Of a stretch of DNA of 17,340 nt, positions 16,221 to 17,340 are shown piece after piece; position 1 is the stretch's first letter, and each line of letters starts with the position of its first letter. Both the position numbers and the translations under genes were made by a program. The notes below the pieces were generated by a model. It ran no database searches and was not told the origin of the DNA. It worked only from the letters and a program-made list of their open reading frames with translations. Source of the stretch: Clostridia bacterium (GTDB taxonomy: Bacteria; Bacillota; Clostridia; TANB77; RGIG9151); NCBI GenBank assembly GCA_016287855.1, contig JAEEXS010000023.1:1-17340 (forward strand), given 5' to 3'.

Positions 16221-16598
16221 TTAAAAATCAGTTGAAAGGTTTTCTGGTAACCCCCTAGGTAGGTAGTCTCCCCAAACTTGTCTATTCTCTTTAAGATAGC
16301 TGTTATAGGATTTTGCGATGTCAATAGCTTTTGTACGAAGCTCCTTAGCCAATTCTCGTTTTTCCAAATCTCTACTCAGACTGTATATGTGGTAGTTCTT
16401 GACCTCCTCTTCATAACTTGCCAGATATCCCCTCGCAGTATCTTCCATTTTGTTCCTGATTTTATAAAAAAGAATAAACTCCACTGTGAGACACCAAAAG
16501 AAAATAGCACTCAATACTCCAATCTTTAAAATAACGGATACTAACAATAAAACGAACGTGAGCATAAAAATCCTGAATATCGCGTTAATTGTTTTCAT
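16221..16598 (-). CDS. Hypothetical two-TM membrane protein, 125 aa (the ORF track extends to an ATG at 16613)
   Basis: ATG 16598..16596 has GGAGG 8 nt upstream. Two hydrophobic helices (IFRIFMLTFVLLLVSVILKI and VLSAIFFWCLTVEFILFY) precede a ~75-aa charged helical tail. G+C is 23/60 at 16261-16320 and 27/60 at 16381-16440, above the local background. No family recognised. Confidence 0.65.
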   Translation of the reverse strand: MKTINAIFRIFMLTFVLLLVSVILKIGVLSAIFFWCLTVEFILFYKIRNKMEDTARGYLASYEEEVKNYHIYSLSRDLEKRELAKELRTKAIDIAKSYNSYLKENRQVWGDYLPRGLPENLSTDF

Positions 16599-16751
16599 TA
16601 GCCATACCTCCATTGTTTTCCGTCTTGAGTTTATTCATTAACGTCCTCGTAGAAATTCAAATAAATGATTCCTACCCTATCTAGGTTTTCGCTAAAACAT
16701 ATCCAACAAATTTTACCTTAGACTCTTATTATCAAAAACACATCTTGCACA

Positions 16752-16781
16752 ATTATACTATAGATTTACATAATGTGTCAA
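16752..16781 (-). promoter_or_regulatory. Consensus sigma-A promoter (TTGACA-18 nt-TATAAT) for the membrane module
   Basis: On the minus strand, TTGACA is at 16781..16776 and TATAAT at 16757..16752. Both hexamers are perfect and the spacer is 18 nt. The predicted start near 16745 gives a ~147-nt leader before ATG 16598. Confidence 0.6.
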
Positions 16782-16902
16782 GAGCTTCAAATTTTACATA
16801 CTGTAATACAAGATATTATTCAACTTTCGAAATATAATTAGTTCGAATTCTCTATTTACTTTATCTCATTTTTGGTATATAAATAATACTGAGGTGAGAC
16901 AA

Positions 16903-17340
16903 ATGTTAATAAATATAAAAAAAATAACATCAGACAAAAAAGACTATTTAGACTTACTTCTTCTATCTGACCCCTCTGAGAAAATGATAAATAAATATTT
17001 GGACAAAAGTGAAATGTTTGTTTTAAGTATAAATGGAGAACCAGTTTCAGAAATTGTTATTGCAAAAACTTCAGATACAACTTGTGAAATTAAAAACTTG
17101 GCTACTGCCGAAAAATATAGAAACCACGGTTTTGCAAAGCAACTACTCCAACACGTATTCCAAAATTACAAAATGCAATTTCCTACTATGCTTGTAGGTA
17201 CATCTTCTCCTGAATTTTATGAAAAATTTGGATTTCAATATTCTCATACAGTAGACAATTTCTTTGTTAAGAATTATCCTGACCCAATAGAACGCAATGG
17301 CAAAACATGCGTAGATTTAATATATTTAAAGAAAGACTTA
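16903..17340 (+). CDS. GNAT family N-acetyltransferase, 146 codons with no stop inside the window
   Basis: Absent from the ORF track because it runs off the right edge. GAGGTGAG RBS is followed by ATG 16903. My translation gives MLINIKKITSDKKDYLDLLLLSDPSEKMINKYL...IKNLATAEKYRNHGFAKQLLQHVF...FYEKFGFQ, which has the acetyl-CoA motif A pattern (R-x-x-G-x-A) and the GNAT C-terminal FYxKxGF. Confidence 0.8.
   Translation, partial: MLINIKKITSDKKDYLDLLLLSDPSEKMINKYLDKSEMFVLSINGEPVSEIVIAKTSDTTCEIKNLATAEKYRNHGFAKQLLQHVFQNYKMQFPTMLVGTSSPEFYEKFGFQYSHTVDNFFVKNYPDPIERNGKTCVDLIYLKKDL

Noticed and set aside
16278-16529. 83-aa plus-strand ORF opposite the 125-aa membrane protein gene
   Set aside because: It has no RBS or promoter. 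The minus-strand frame has GGAGG, a clear two-TM topology and a consensus promoter, so the plus-strand frame is treated as antisense noise.
16819-16825. Possible att-type direct repeat of the tRNA-Leu 3' end marking an island boundary
   Set aside because: Only a 7-nt match (TTCAACT, also at 15985-15991) was found downstream. That is far too short to separate from chance, and no integrase is present in the window.
1-17340. CRISPR arrays, IS elements or transposases, prophage genes, rRNA
   Set aside because: I saw no regularly spaced direct repeats, no terminal inverted repeats bracketing an ORF, and no recombinase-like or phage structural ORFs. Nothing resembles rRNA.

Overview
Low-GC chromosomal segment (about 25-30% G+C by hand counts of 60-nt lines), Firmicutes/Clostridia-like and mostly housekeeping. 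The left edge holds a 5'-partial view of alaS on the minus strand. A long co-directional minus-strand array follows: a secreted beta-propeller protein, then carD-disA-radA, a GH15 glucoamylase-like gene, a ROK regulator, an S41 C-terminal protease, an M23 peptidase and ftsX-ftsE. The plus strand then carries a bactofilin gene, an RNase P RNA (rnpB, E. coli M1-like core) and tRNA-Leu(UAG) 5-6 nt behind it. A GNAT acetyltransferase gene runs off the right edge. I saw no CRISPR array, transposase, integrase or rRNA. Two small regions do not fit this background. (1) A self-contained single-gene cassette at about 1568-2522 encodes a 267-aa protein I cannot assign to any family; its G+C is about 45-55% and its codon usage is GC3-rich. 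(2) A module next to the tRNA-Leu, at about 16054-16781 on the minus strand, has a consensus sigma-A promoter, a ~147-nt leader, a 125-aa two-TM protein, a 29-aa single-TM micropeptide and a perfect 16-bp terminator stem, with moderately raised G+C. These are my best candidates for accessory or undescribed biology, but neither function can be read from the sequence. Everything else looks ordinary.
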